Source of the DNA: a virus
Taxonomy: Duplodnaviria; Caudoviricetes
Virus record (IMG/VR): IMGVR_UViG_3300033070_001161
Location: 17,222 to 81,221 of that record
Reading direction: 5' to 3' (one strand)
Length of the DNA: 64,000 nucleotides
The first letter of the stretch is position 1, and every line of letters begins with the position of its first letter. Shown here in pieces: positions 41,259 through 50,656 of this stretch. The translations under genes were made by a program, and so were the position numbers. The notes below the pieces were generated by a model. It saw only the letters and a program-made list of their open reading frames with translations. It did no database searches and was not told the DNA's origin.

Positions 41259-41261
41259 AAT

Positions 41262-41639
41262 CTATTGATTTTCAAGTACTTCAAATGCTTTTTTAAATGC
41301 ATCCACTTCACATTCAATCCTCGTCATACTTAAAGACGAAGGATCATTATAGGTTTCTTTAGATGTTCTAATTTGCCAAGACCATCCATGCATTTCATCA
41401 GGTCCATCTAAAAGTACTATAATATATTGTTTATCGAAAAATTCATATAACTGTCTGAAATTGAATAATATACTACCATAAATCAGATCATCTGTCAGCT
41501 CAGGTAAATCTGCTGATGTATAACCATCTCCTTGTTGTAACAAGATTTTTCCATAATTCACCAACTGATCTTTAGTAAATTCTTCCAATTTCTTATATGA
41601 ATTGGGATATTCCTTTTTTATTAATTTTATATCAATCAT
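41262..41639 (-). CDS. Hypothetical protein
   Basis: 125 aa intact ORF. Confidence 0.55.
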   Translation of the reverse strand: MIDIKLIKKEYPNSYKKLEEFTKDQLVNYGKILLQQGDGYTSADLPELTDDLIYGSILFNFRQLYEFFDKQYIIVLLDGPDEMHGWSWQIRTSKETYNDPSSLSMTRIECEVDAFKKAFEVLENQ

Positions 41640-41818
41640 GATTCAAATGTTTGTTTTATTGATTTTGAAAATTCATCTAACATTTGTATTTCCATAAGTT
41701 CAAGTATTCTCTTCACTTTTTCTTTATCTACAATACCAGATGCTTTTGAACTATCTTTATAAACAAGTTCTATTTCATCTAGTTTATCTAACGCTTTTTG
41801 TAACGGACTTTTTTCCAT
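41636..41818 (-). CDS. Small hypothetical protein
   Basis: The ATG at 41818 (MEKSPLQ...) is preferred because it reduces overlap with the upstream gene. Confidence 0.45.
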   Translation of the reverse strand: MEKSPLQKALDKLDEIELVYKDSSKASGIVDKEKVKRILELMEIQMLDEFSKSIKQTFES

Positions 41819-42371
41819 TTGCTTTAGTTTTAATTTTTTCAATATCAAGAGTCTCTTTCTCCATATCTGGAATACTCCAGAGTTCTGCATCTTTATCCAA
41901 CTCTACATCAAGAAAAAGCTCTATCTCTTTTCTGAATTTTTCATTCTGAGAAAACACATCCCACTGAAAAGTAGGAATGTGTTTCATATATACCTTTACG
42001 GTTTTATCATAGCATCCTCTAATAAATTTAGAAAGTTTTGAATATTTACCTTGTTTAAATAGTTCAAAATCTTTCTGTAAATGATCTGGTATTTTATATA
42101 TTAATACCACATACCCCCCTGCATAGTCATAATCCTCTTTAAAATGAATATTTTCAAATTCTTGAGCATTTAAAAACTGCTCAAACTGTTCAAAATCATG
42201 AGGTTTGAATAATATATACATATTATCTCCAATATCCTCTTCTCTTAGTTTATCTTTAAGGTAGGAATTAATTAATCCGTATTCACTCTCAAGATGAGAG
42301 AAATGGGAGCCTGTTATAGGCTTTAATAAAAAAAGTGTACTGCAATTATATTTAAAAAGTTCGTCGATCAT
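41784..42371 (-). CDS. Hypothetical protein
   Basis: 195 aa ORF coupled to the exonuclease gene. Confidence 0.6.
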   Translation of the reverse strand: MIDELFKYNCSTLFLLKPITGSHFSHLESEYGLINSYLKDKLREEDIGDNMYILFKPHDFEQFEQFLNAQEFENIHFKEDYDYAGGYVVLIYKIPDHLQKDFELFKQGKYSKLSKFIRGCYDKTVKVYMKHIPTFQWDVFSQNEKFRKEIELFLDVELDKDAELWSIPDMEKETLDIEKIKTKANGKKSVTKSVR

Positions 42372-43501
42372 TAATTATAGTTTTCTAAAGCTATTATACC
42401 ATTTTGTTCGTATGCCGTTTTACTGATATTCCAAACTTTACTTTCATTAGCCCATATAATATTATCAACCAACTCTTTTATTCCTCTAAATTTAGAAGAA
42501 TTTATTGAAAATCCTTCCCAAGCATCATTCAAATGCTGTTCATTTAATCTATATATTAAGGGTCTTCTATTATTTTTGGAAGTATCTGCTGATATAAATT
42601 GATACGGTTCTAATTTATAATCTTTCAGTCCGTTGTTCATCATAAATGAAGTAATACCAATGCTGTACCAACCTGCCTGAATATAATATTTTTTCTTAAT
42701 ATAATTAAATGGAAATATTGTATTATCATATGTTGATTTTAAATCATATGGGAATACAGATTTCTTATTATGATCCACAATTAATAAATCAACTTCACAT
42801 TTACCCTTAATGCTACCATTTTCTCCTTTATAGATAAAATCTATAGGAAATTTTGGTAGTTTTTCAATACCGTCTACTTCATTAGTTAAATCCAACAAAG
42901 ATTTTGTAAAATCATCTTGGAGAAGGTATGACGAAATTTCTAACGCCCTAAGTTTAAGTCCTTCACTTACAACAAGTTTACCAATATTGTCTATTTTAGA
43001 CTTAAAATATTCAGCAGGACTCATGCCTGTTTTATTCTTAGTATTAAAATCCTCTATTGCCCACTCTACAGTTTTACCTTTATATTTACCAGCCCTCTGA
43101 ACGTTATCGAAAGCTTCTCTGAATCTAGGTTCAAACTCTTCTGTTATCTCACCATCTATTATTGTTCTCTTTGTTATTTTAAAGAGTTCATCGGCTAACA
43201 TAAATCCTTGTGCACTAGAAGAAGGTTCTCCTGTTAATAATGCATATCTATCACTAAATATTTGCTCAAATTCTGTAGCATCCCCTTTAGCTGTAAGAAG
43301 TATATCGTCAATTAGATTTCCTAATAGACTTGCACTTGTATCTTCATCCTCTTTTGGAAGTCCTAATATGAATTCTTCATAGAATTTTACAGGACTTTTA
43401 TCAAAAGTAACAATACTACTATAATTTAATGCCTCGATTTTACGATATTCTACATCAGGTGTAGCTATTTTTTCACGTTTTACTTCGCCTTTTGCTCCCA
43501 T
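42371..43501 (-). CDS. PD-(D/E)xK exonuclease (RecB/ExoVIII-like)
   Basis: LNYSSI, LGNLID..L, KGKCEVDLLIVD...YDLKST, YYIQAGWY. Confidence 0.8.
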   Translation of the reverse strand: MGAKGEVKREKIATPDVEYRKIEALNYSSIVTFDKSPVKFYEEFILGLPKEDEDTSASLLGNLIDDILLTAKGDATEFEQIFSDRYALLTGEPSSSAQGFMLADELFKITKRTIIDGEITEEFEPRFREAFDNVQRAGKYKGKTVEWAIEDFNTKNKTGMSPAEYFKSKIDNIGKLVVSEGLKLRALEISSYLLQDDFTKSLLDLTNEVDGIEKLPKFPIDFIYKGENGSIKGKCEVDLLIVDHNKKSVFPYDLKSTYDNTIFPFNYIKKKYYIQAGWYSIGITSFMMNNGLKDYKLEPYQFISADTSKNNRRPLIYRLNEQHLNDAWEGFSINSSKFRGIKELVDNIIWANESKVWNISKTAYEQNGIIALENYN

Positions 43502-43902
43502 CCTCTTGTTAATTTAGTGATTACTAATCTACTACGTCTTTTATTCTCTAATTTTACATTAGTTATTTGAAACGGAAGAGATATAATTTGCTCCCTATAA
43601 GAATAAAATGTACTATTACACCATTCCAAAAAACATTTCTTAGGTGTAGCTGGATTATCAATGGTTATACTTATAACGTTAGGATGATAGTATATACCAT
43701 TATTTTCTACAACAAGTACAGTACGAGTTTTTTTATATTTTTCGTATACTTCTCTAGCTAAAGCTTTTGTAAATTGATCTTTTTTACTACATTTTAAAAT
43801 AAAAATATGTAATTTAGTCGGAGATTCTTCATCTACTTCAGCAAAAATAGCTAATCTTTTTCCTTTTTCATCGTATTTTGATAAATTACTAAAATATTTC
43901 AT
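43480..43902 (-). CDS. Hypothetical protein
   Basis: 140 aa intact ORF. Confidence 0.55.
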   Translation of the reverse strand: MKYFSNLSKYDEKGKRLAIFAEVDEESPTKLHIFILKCSKKDQFTKALAREVYEKYKKTRTVLVVENNGIYYHPNVISITIDNPATPKKCFLEWCNSTFYSYREQIISLPFQITNVKLENKRRSRLVITKLTRGWEQKAK

Positions 43903-44372
43903 AGTTTTTTTAATTTTTCTTTGTCTTCTTTTGTTTTAGCATCATGACATGGATTACAAAGTACTTGTAAACCATCCACTTCACAAAATAATTTTTCCAC
44001 AAAATCTGGAAGATCAGATGCTTGTCTTAATATACCAGCAGGTTCTATATGGTCAACAGTGATATTCTTTCCAGAAAACCACTCTTTACATATATTACAT
44101 TGATACTCAAACTTTTGTCTCTTATTTGGACCAGAATAATTCCTTCTGGATTTATCTCGACACACTGATATTGGTTTCCAATATATTGTACGCCTACGTA
44201 AAGCCGATCTAATCATTGTCCAAAATTCAGATTCTGTCCAAGTGTTATGATTCCTAGTTCTAGGTAATCCTTTTCTCTTTTTTACAAGAGCTTTCTTTTT
44301 TACAGCTACAGCTCTTCGTTTTTTTGGTGAAGTATCACTTCTTACTTTGTTATTTTTTTGTTTTTTTCTCAT
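43899..44372 (-). CDS. HNH endonuclease (Zn-binding)
   Basis: YQCNIC...VDHIEP...LQVLCNPCHDAKT. Confidence 0.85.
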   Translation of the reverse strand: MRKKQKNNKVRSDTSPKKRRAVAVKKKALVKKRKGLPRTRNHNTWTESEFWTMIRSALRRRTIYWKPISVCRDKSRRNYSGPNKRQKFEYQCNICKEWFSGKNITVDHIEPAGILRQASDLPDFVEKLFCEVDGLQVLCNPCHDAKTKEDKEKLKKL

Positions 44373-44620
44373 GTTTCGTCTATTGATTTGATCTCAACAT
44401 CGAGTATACCATCATCACACGATTGTATATGATCCTCTATAAGTCCAGCTAGACTTTTTGCAGCATTATATAACTCGCTGGTTGTCTGCTCTTTAGATAA
44501 TGGACCTTTTACACAAACGCCTACTTTTACTTTTATAACTATATTAAATTCGCCATCTATATCGTTCCAAGGCGCACCGTAACTATTTTCTGTTAAATCT
44601 GGAGGAAGGTTACTACTCAT
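44369..44620 (-). CDS. Hypothetical protein
   Basis: Likely start MSSNLPPDL...APWND at 44620. Confidence 0.5.
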   Translation of the reverse strand: MSSNLPPDLTENSYGAPWNDIDGEFNIVIKVKVGVCVKGPLSKEQTTSELYNAAKSLAGLIEDHIQSCDDGILDVEIKSIDET

Positions 44621-44686
44621 AAGTACAAATTTAAAGAACCTAGAAACATTATCCAAATATTTCTAGGTTCTTGTTATAAAAATTGT

Positions 44687-45874
44687 TTAAAATGCTGACT
44701 CTTCAACAGTATTGGTTAAGTCACTAGAACCATCTGACAGATATACGGGTGTTGATCCACCATCTGCTGTATAAAATAATGTACTAGCAGTTATATTCAT
44801 AGTACCCGGACTACTATAATAAGTACTACTACCCGTAGTACTTCCAATAGAAACATTATTGAAACCAGTAGAAATTCCGTCTCGCAGAATACTTACATCC
44901 GAATCCGTTATTGCCGGATCAGTAGCTAATACAGGCGTATCTCCATCAACGTTATGTGTAGCTGTCATATATTCGTTAAATTCATCTATTAATTCTTCTA
45001 CCTTCTTCTGAATTTCTGTACGAGATTTTCCTTGTATTTTATAAAAATTAACAAAGCAACTATCTAATATAAATTTCTCAGGTACATTCCAAACTTGGTA
45101 TCCTTGATTGATGATATTATTTAATTTAGCTTTATGTGCTTTACGTACAGTTTGACTACCCTTAAAGGAGGGGTGATCTACATCATCATTTACAAGTACA
45201 ATCACCTTGGTAGGATCAATTTTACCTGTCATTAACATATGATATTTTTGATATATGTAATTTTCAGGTAACACTACAGATATAAATGTAGGTATAAATT
45301 TAGGATTATCATCATTTCTTAGATAATACAAAGAGTTATGTAAATAAGACAGTGTTATTAATCTTCCTGCATATAATGACCTATGTACATTAGATGCAAT
45401 AAAATCAGCAAAATCATATCCTCTGCTAGAGCCTATATAACTGTCAAGTAATATAAACTCATTATTATTTATATACTTATTTATAGCATCATTTGTTACG
45501 CCAAGTATTCGTTCTATAGACCCAAATCCGTGATTATGCATATTTCTAGCAAATAAATTCGGAATAAAATCATTTGGTAACTGTTTACCACAAAATTTAT
45601 CTGTCTGATTCATTACATATTTAATACTAGACACATCTAAAAAATCTATATCTGATGCAAATAAATAACTAAGTGGTATAAAATCAGTATATGGACAAAT
45701 AATATTGCTTCTATCATTTACTTCTATATGCTCGTTATATATTTGTAGACTATTTTGTATATTCATAAACATATCAATAAAAGAAGTTTCTTCTTTTTGA
45801 CGTTTAAAAAAACTAAGTCTCTCTTTAGGTTTTCTTCTTACAACAGGTTTTTCTAAAATGGCTTCACTTGACAT
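44687..45874 (-). CDS. Hypothetical protein coupled to the ThiF/E1 gene
   Basis: 395 aa ORF overlapping the E1 stop, with a Ser/Thr/Gly-rich C-terminal tail. Confidence 0.6.
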   Translation of the reverse strand: MSSEAILEKPVVRRKPKERLSFFKRQKEETSFIDMFMNIQNSLQIYNEHIEVNDRSNIICPYTDFIPLSYLFASDIDFLDVSSIKYVMNQTDKFCGKQLPNDFIPNLFARNMHNHGFGSIERILGVTNDAINKYINNNEFILLDSYIGSSRGYDFADFIASNVHRSLYAGRLITLSYLHNSLYYLRNDDNPKFIPTFISVVLPENYIYQKYHMLMTGKIDPTKVIVLVNDDVDHPSFKGSQTVRKAHKAKLNNIINQGYQVWNVPEKFILDSCFVNFYKIQGKSRTEIQKKVEELIDEFNEYMTATHNVDGDTPVLATDPAITDSDVSILRDGISTGFNNVSIGSTTGSSTYYSSPGTMNITASTLFYTADGGSTPVYLSDGSSDLTNTVEESAF

Positions 45875-46590
45875 GATTCTACATCTTTAAGTTTATAATC
45901 AAAAATAGGAAGATACATTCTTTGATGAAAAGGTACATCCCTAAATTCCATAGCTAATTTACAGTTTGTAAGAAAGTTACATAATACAGATGTTATCATT
46001 CCTCCTATCATCATTGCGCTGAATGTAGTTTGTTTATTTGTACAATCCAGATCAGGAACATCTTTGTCATCAAAAAGCCATTTTTCTTGATATTCTTTTA
46101 TAGCCTCCTTATTATCATAATCCACTGCAAATATTTCTAATGTTTCTAATAATAATCTACCATCTATAAAAATAGCAGGTAATGAAGGTTCATATTTTTT
46201 CCTTACATCTACGCAAGACATCCAAGAATCAAATGCGTCTTTTCTAGTTTTCATGTTATCCAAAGCACTTATACAAACATTATCCATCTGTTCAGTTTCT
46301 TCAAAATAATCATCTATTGTATATATGTCATTATTACAACCAAGTTCAATTATATTACTTTTTACACATACCACTTTTGGTTTACCTACATCAGATTTTT
46401 TGTAAAATTGACCTCCTTTTACGTTAGTTTCATCTACAACATCTGGGTCAATAATTGTAATAGTATGACCTATTCTGGATAATGATAATGCTGTCCAGCT
46501 ACCTATGCCTCCAGCACCAATTAATGTAATATCTGTTTGTTGATCTGCCCAATCAGCACCACTCCATCTAGTTCCTACAGTAACGCTCAT
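45853..46590 (-). CDS. ThiF/MoeB/E1-like ubiquitin-activating enzyme
   Basis: LIGAGGIGSW, IDPDVVDETN, GKPKV, ALDNMKTRK, FIDGRL, and a candidate catalytic Cys in DLDCT (46042-46044). Confidence 0.9.
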   Translation of the reverse strand: MSVTVGTRWSGADWADQQTDITLIGAGGIGSWTALSLSRIGHTITIIDPDVVDETNVKGGQFYKKSDVGKPKVVCVKSNIIELGCNNDIYTIDDYFEETEQMDNVCISALDNMKTRKDAFDSWMSCVDVRKKYEPSLPAIFIDGRLLLETLEIFAVDYDNKEAIKEYQEKWLFDDKDVPDLDCTNKQTTFSAMMIGGMITSVLCNFLTNCKLAMEFRDVPFHQRMYLPIFDYKLKDVESCQVKPF

Positions 46591-46592
46591 AA

Positions 46593-47894
46593 TTATATAA
46601 TTTTATTTACTAAATTTATTTCTTCCGAGATAGTTGCTATCATTTCTGATACCAATCTTGATCTAAATGAATATGGATAGAGATAATCTTTTGTGATTTC
46701 TAATAATTCCACATAATCATCTACATTTTTGTATAGATGAATTACATCAAAATGTTCTGATAGAAGTGTCTGAAAATCAAGAATATACGCATCTAAAGCA
46801 TCTCTTGTAAGAAGACCTTTATCTTGCTCTACAATTTTATCTATACAATCTCTGTAATCATCACCTAAATATGTAGATTCAAGTATGGAATTTAATAAAG
46901 CTTTTGCATGCCTTATTTCAAAAGTTGGTTTCTTTTTTTTATTCTTTTTCTGATCTTTTTCAAATACATCTTTTGCTGCTTGTTCTTGTTCCCACCATTC
47001 AGCATCAGTCATCTCCATCACTTTTTTCTGTTTTTTCTTACTACCATCTTTTTCATATTCCTGAACAAGATTATATTCTTTATCTTCTTGATCGCTAAAG
47101 TCAGGAAACATACTTCCTTGCATAAGCTTTTTTTGATACCCTCCGTTATATCCACCTTGATAATAAGGATATGTATATTTTTTCTTATACTCTTCCTGTT
47201 TTGCTTTAGCTTCTGCTTCTATTGCTGCTTTTACTATATTATATCTATCTTCAAAATCCTTATCTACAGATATATTTCTTTCAACTTCAATAGTACAATC
47301 CATTACAACAAGCACCTCGTTGTCCTTTTCCCCAGATAACGTTAAAGGTTCATAACCATCTGCATTGTTTACAAAATGTAAACTTGTTCCTTTATCTGCT
47401 TCTTTTTTACCTTTAAAAGCAACTTTAGCACACCAATTACCATCAAAATTCACAATAAGCATAAGAAAATAATTACTTACCAATGCTCTATCTTCAAGAT
47501 TTTCCCAATCCGTACCACTAAAGAATGTGTTCATGCGGTGGTGTGTATGGACATGATGCAATTTTTGTTTACCTTCAAGAATATCAGGAAATTTATCATA
47601 TAGTTCTATAATATCTGAACTTTTGAATCCACCTTTTCCTACTTCATATCCTGTAAATCCAGCAGTACCTATATCTGCAAGAAACATATCTTCTGCAATA
47701 ATAGTCCATTTATCAAGATCATTTATTGTTCCTTCTTCTCTTGTTATAAGTTCACCACTCCATTCAAATGCTCCCACCTTTGAATGCAAAAAATCAATTT
47801 TATTTACAAGAGATTCTTTAATTAATAATTTAGGCTTGTTGGAAAGAGGAAACCTCTCCAAAGATTTTTTTATGATTCCTTTGCTTGTACTCAT
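46593..47894 (-). CDS. JAB/MPN-domain metallopeptidase (deubiquitinase-like) with a long C-terminal extension
   Basis: FEWSG (catalytic Glu) and HHVHTHHRMNTFFSGTD, matching the JAMM motif HxHx7Sx2D. Confidence 0.82.
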   Translation of the reverse strand: MSTSKGIIKKSLERFPLSNKPKLLIKESLVNKIDFLHSKVGAFEWSGELITREEGTINDLDKWTIIAEDMFLADIGTAGFTGYEVGKGGFKSSDIIELYDKFPDILEGKQKLHHVHTHHRMNTFFSGTDWENLEDRALVSNYFLMLIVNFDGNWCAKVAFKGKKEADKGTSLHFVNNADGYEPLTLSGEKDNEVLVVMDCTIEVERNISVDKDFEDRYNIVKAAIEAEAKAKQEEYKKKYTYPYYQGGYNGGYQKKLMQGSMFPDFSDQEDKEYNLVQEYEKDGSKKKQKKVMEMTDAEWWEQEQAAKDVFEKDQKKNKKKKPTFEIRHAKALLNSILESTYLGDDYRDCIDKIVEQDKGLLTRDALDAYILDFQTLLSEHFDVIHLYKNVDDYVELLEITKDYLYPYSFRSRLVSEMIATISEEINLVNKII

Positions 47895-49077
47895 TATGTG
47901 TTTTTTTTAAATTAAATAAATCAAATTGTTCACTTATAACTCTATGATATAATGCTACTACTGATGGGTCTAGTTTTACATGACTTTGAGGATTAGAATC
48001 GTCATACACTTTAGCTCTTAGCACTTCACCTTTCCAATCTAAAGTGTTTCTATATAAATCTTTATTTATACTCTTTATTGAATGCTCTAATTCTTGTTGG
48101 CTATATCCAGAATTACTTCTTAGTTCAGAATGTTTATCAAAATAATCGTATAAATCATCACTATCCTTTAGTGCTAATTTATTATTTAAATAATTCCAAC
48201 GACTTTTATCTATCCCTGAAATTATTTTTGCTAGATGCGGAGCACCTGTTTCACCATTAAAAGAACGAGAATATTCTATACTATTTATATATCTGTATGG
48301 GCCACCTTCAATACTTTCCCATTTTAAATAATTTTCTAAAGACATAAACATTAAATTCCAACAATCTTCTGTTTTCTCAATTTTTGTATCCATTATTAAC
48401 CTACTAAAATCGCTACTACCAAGACAAAAATCAGAAAAACTAGCTGGACTTCTTCCTGAAAAATGGCTATGTCCATAATTAGATTCCCATTCTCGAAGAG
48501 AAATTGTTAATCTTGTTCCACTAACAATAATACTTAAATCGGCTAAACTAGAAGAAGACAAAATATGAAATCTAACATATAAATCTTTTATAACATGATG
48601 ATCCTTTCTACTATTGGTTATATTTATAACAGGAAAATGAATATAAATATCATATTTGTAATTATTGAAAAAATTAGATATATCAGATTCTTTAATATAC
48701 ACCCTATCTTCTCCAAATATATCGTTTACTATCTGTAAAATATCGGAAGGATGTACTAATTTTCCTTTTTTTCTATATAACTCTATACGCTCTTCAGCTT
48801 CTTTATATACTGCTTTTTCACATTCAGCTATTTTATCTTTATCTCTTATTATTTCCTTAATTGCAGAATATTCATAAACACTAGTAATATAATTACTTCC
48901 TATTTGAATATTAAATACACATGACTGATTTGAAAACGCATTTATTTTATAAACAACGTCTTTTTTAAGATTATCTTTATTAAGAGTACTGTTTATAAAA
49001 GCGTCAGTAAGAGTTACATATATCTTACCATTAAAAGCACCCTGTTCTGAATAATCTAAAGTTTTTATTTGTCCCAT
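47830..49077 (-). CDS. Putative prokaryotic E2-like (UBC-fold) conjugating protein
   Basis: IYIHFPVINI...DLYVRF...SGTR.T......YGHSHF.G....FSDFCLGSS, with a Cys at 48424-48426 in the E2 H-P-N...C-like position, followed by GGPY. Gene context supports the call. Confidence 0.6.
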   Translation of the reverse strand: MGQIKTLDYSEQGAFNGKIYVTLTDAFINSTLNKDNLKKDVVYKINAFSNQSCVFNIQIGSNYITSVYEYSAIKEIIRDKDKIAECEKAVYKEAEERIELYRKKGKLVHPSDILQIVNDIFGEDRVYIKESDISNFFNNYKYDIYIHFPVINITNSRKDHHVIKDLYVRFHILSSSSLADLSIIVSGTRLTISLREWESNYGHSHFSGRSPASFSDFCLGSSDFSRLIMDTKIEKTEDCWNLMFMSLENYLKWESIEGGPYRYINSIEYSRSFNGETGAPHLAKIISGIDKSRWNYLNNKLALKDSDDLYDYFDKHSELRSNSGYSQQELEHSIKSINKDLYRNTLDWKGEVLRAKVYDDSNPQSHVKLDPSVVALYHRVISEQFDLFNLKKTHNEYKQRNHKKIFGEVSSFQQA

Positions 49078-49087
49078 AATATATTTT

Positions 49088-49125
49088 AAAAATAAAAAAA
49101 GCGGAAGACATTATATCTTCCGCTT
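49088..49125 (-). terminator. Intrinsic terminator after the Ubl gene
   Basis: Perfect 10 bp stem AAGCGGAAGA/TCTTCCGCTT (49099-49125) with a 7 nt loop, then a T-rich tail on the - strand. Confidence 0.85.
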
Positions 49126-49147
49126 AAAATTGATTTTTTAATAAAAA

Positions 49148-49579
49148 TTACATCATAGAACGAGCTTCACTTAAAGCTTCGTTACATTGAGCACATTGCT
49201 CTTCACTCAAATCTACACCAAAGAAATCTTCAATTACTTCAACGATCTCTGATTTTAAATCATTCACTTCATCAGAAGTGGCTTTTGCAGCAGCCAAAGC
49301 AATTGCTTCAGCAATATCCGCACCAAGTTTCCTTGCTTGGCTTTCTGTCATACCTGCTTTATTTTTTGTAGGAATCAGATAAATTCTGAATTCACCATCA
49401 GGAAGAGCTGCGTCATCCCTTGTAAGGGTAACGTTACCTGGTTTCAATACTGCTTCTACATCACCTGTAATAAGGTCTGAAATTTGTGTTTTAAACTCAC
49501 CCCAAGTTGTTGCTGAGGTTTCTACTTGTTTTGCTTTGTTTGATGCTGCACTTGCTACGATTACTTTTCTTGTTGACAT
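49148..49579 (-). CDS. Ubiquitin-like (beta-grasp) protein with a C-terminal helical extension
   Basis: RKVIVAS...VETSATTWGEFK...L.....LPDGEFRIYLIPTKNKAG ends at Gly76 (49352-49354) and is followed by 67 more residues. It heads the E2-JAB-E1 cluster. Confidence 0.72.
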   Translation of the reverse strand: MSTRKVIVASAASNKAKQVETSATTWGEFKTQISDLITGDVEAVLKPGNVTLTRDDAALPDGEFRIYLIPTKNKAGMTESQARKLGADIAEAIALAAAKATSDEVNDLKSEIVEVIEDFFGVDLSEEQCAQCNEALSEARSMM

Positions 49580-49597
49580 AAAGTTTTAATTTTTGTG

Positions 49598-49605
49598 TAA
49601 ATATA
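49598..49605 (-). promoter_or_regulatory. Possible -7 box for the Ubl gene
   Basis: TATATTTA (one mismatch) 18 nt upstream of the Ubl ATG, in an 85 nt intergenic gap. Confidence 0.4.
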
Positions 49606-49664
49606 CACGGTTAGTTATTAAATAAAAAATATTTTTTAAGGATTACGGTGTTAAAAACGGATTA

Positions 49665-49874
49665 TTAAAAAATCTCTGATTGTTTTAATAATTTTATATT
49701 ATTTGTTTCTTGTTGAGAATCAGCGTTATATCTTTTTTGAAGTTGTTTTATTAAAGAAATAATATCTGATTCTGGCCCTTTAAGTTCTTGTAAATCATTA
49801 ATTACCCACCAAAAAGCCCGATGTTTAAATAAATCGGCTTTAGCTTCATTTATATCTTGTTCTCTGGTTTTCAT
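49665..49874 (-). CDS. Small hypothetical protein
   Basis: 69 aa ORF coupled to UDG. Confidence 0.5.
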   Translation of the reverse strand: MKTREQDINEAKADLFKHRAFWWVINDLQELKGPESDIISLIKQLQKRYNADSQQETNNIKLLKQSEIF

Positions 49875-50656
49875 TAAAATGGAAGAGATTTATCTAAAAA
49901 TTCATCATAATCCCAATATATTTCTATATTGTTATTAGCTTTAAGAATTTTAGCTGTTTTTGAAAATACGTTATCTGCAAGCCATTCTTCATTTCTATTT
50001 CTTGCAGCAAAAGAGGGATGATCTGTTTCTAATATGTAATTACCCAATGGATTTATGTATTTTTTGAGCTTTTTAGCATACGCACCCATTAATATATACA
50101 CTATACCTGTAGTGCTGTATAATACATTCTGAAATAAATGTTTTTGAAAAGATTCCCATAAATTAGCTGTAGGAAACACATCTTTACTTAATTTTAGATG
50201 GCTTTCTATTCTGTTTTTTTCAACAGTGAGACTTGTATTTAGAAGAAGTATTCCTTGTTCAGAAAGAAAATCTAAGTCTGTTGAGTATTTTAATTTCTCT
50301 AATTTTAAGTCATTTTGTATTCCATGCCATAGATATTTTAAAGATGGTTGCATCTCTATATCGCCAGTGTAGGAGTTACTAAAAGCTAAACCATCAGCTA
50401 TAATTTTTCCATTTTTCACTGTAGAATATGGTTCCATTCCTACAATTACAACACTTAGATCAGTGAGTGTACATTTTGAAAATGCACGAAATGTATCAGG
50501 TGGTGCAGGGAATATATCTATTCCTTTATTACTACGAAATTTCAAATACTGATATAGATTATAGGCATCCTCACCTTCAAAAAATTCCTTCATTGTAGGC
50601 CACCAAGATTCATGAAACTTTGGTTCAAATTTGCTTATTTCCAGCTTATTACTCAT
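49874..50656 (-). CDS. ung: Uracil-DNA glycosylase (family 1-like)
   Basis: IFP...TFRAF, VVIVGMEPY (canonical GQDPY), ADGLAFS, QGILLLNTSLTV, LMG.YA and HPS. Confidence 0.85.
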   Translation of the reverse strand: MSNKLEISKFEPKFHESWWPTMKEFFEGEDAYNLYQYLKFRSNKGIDIFPAPPDTFRAFSKCTLTDLSVVIVGMEPYSTVKNGKIIADGLAFSNSYTGDIEMQPSLKYLWHGIQNDLKLEKLKYSTDLDFLSEQGILLLNTSLTVEKNRIESHLKLSKDVFPTANLWESFQKHLFQNVLYSTTGIVYILMGAYAKKLKKYINPLGNYILETDHPSFAARNRNEEWLADNVFSKTAKILKANNNIEIYWDYDEFLDKSLPF

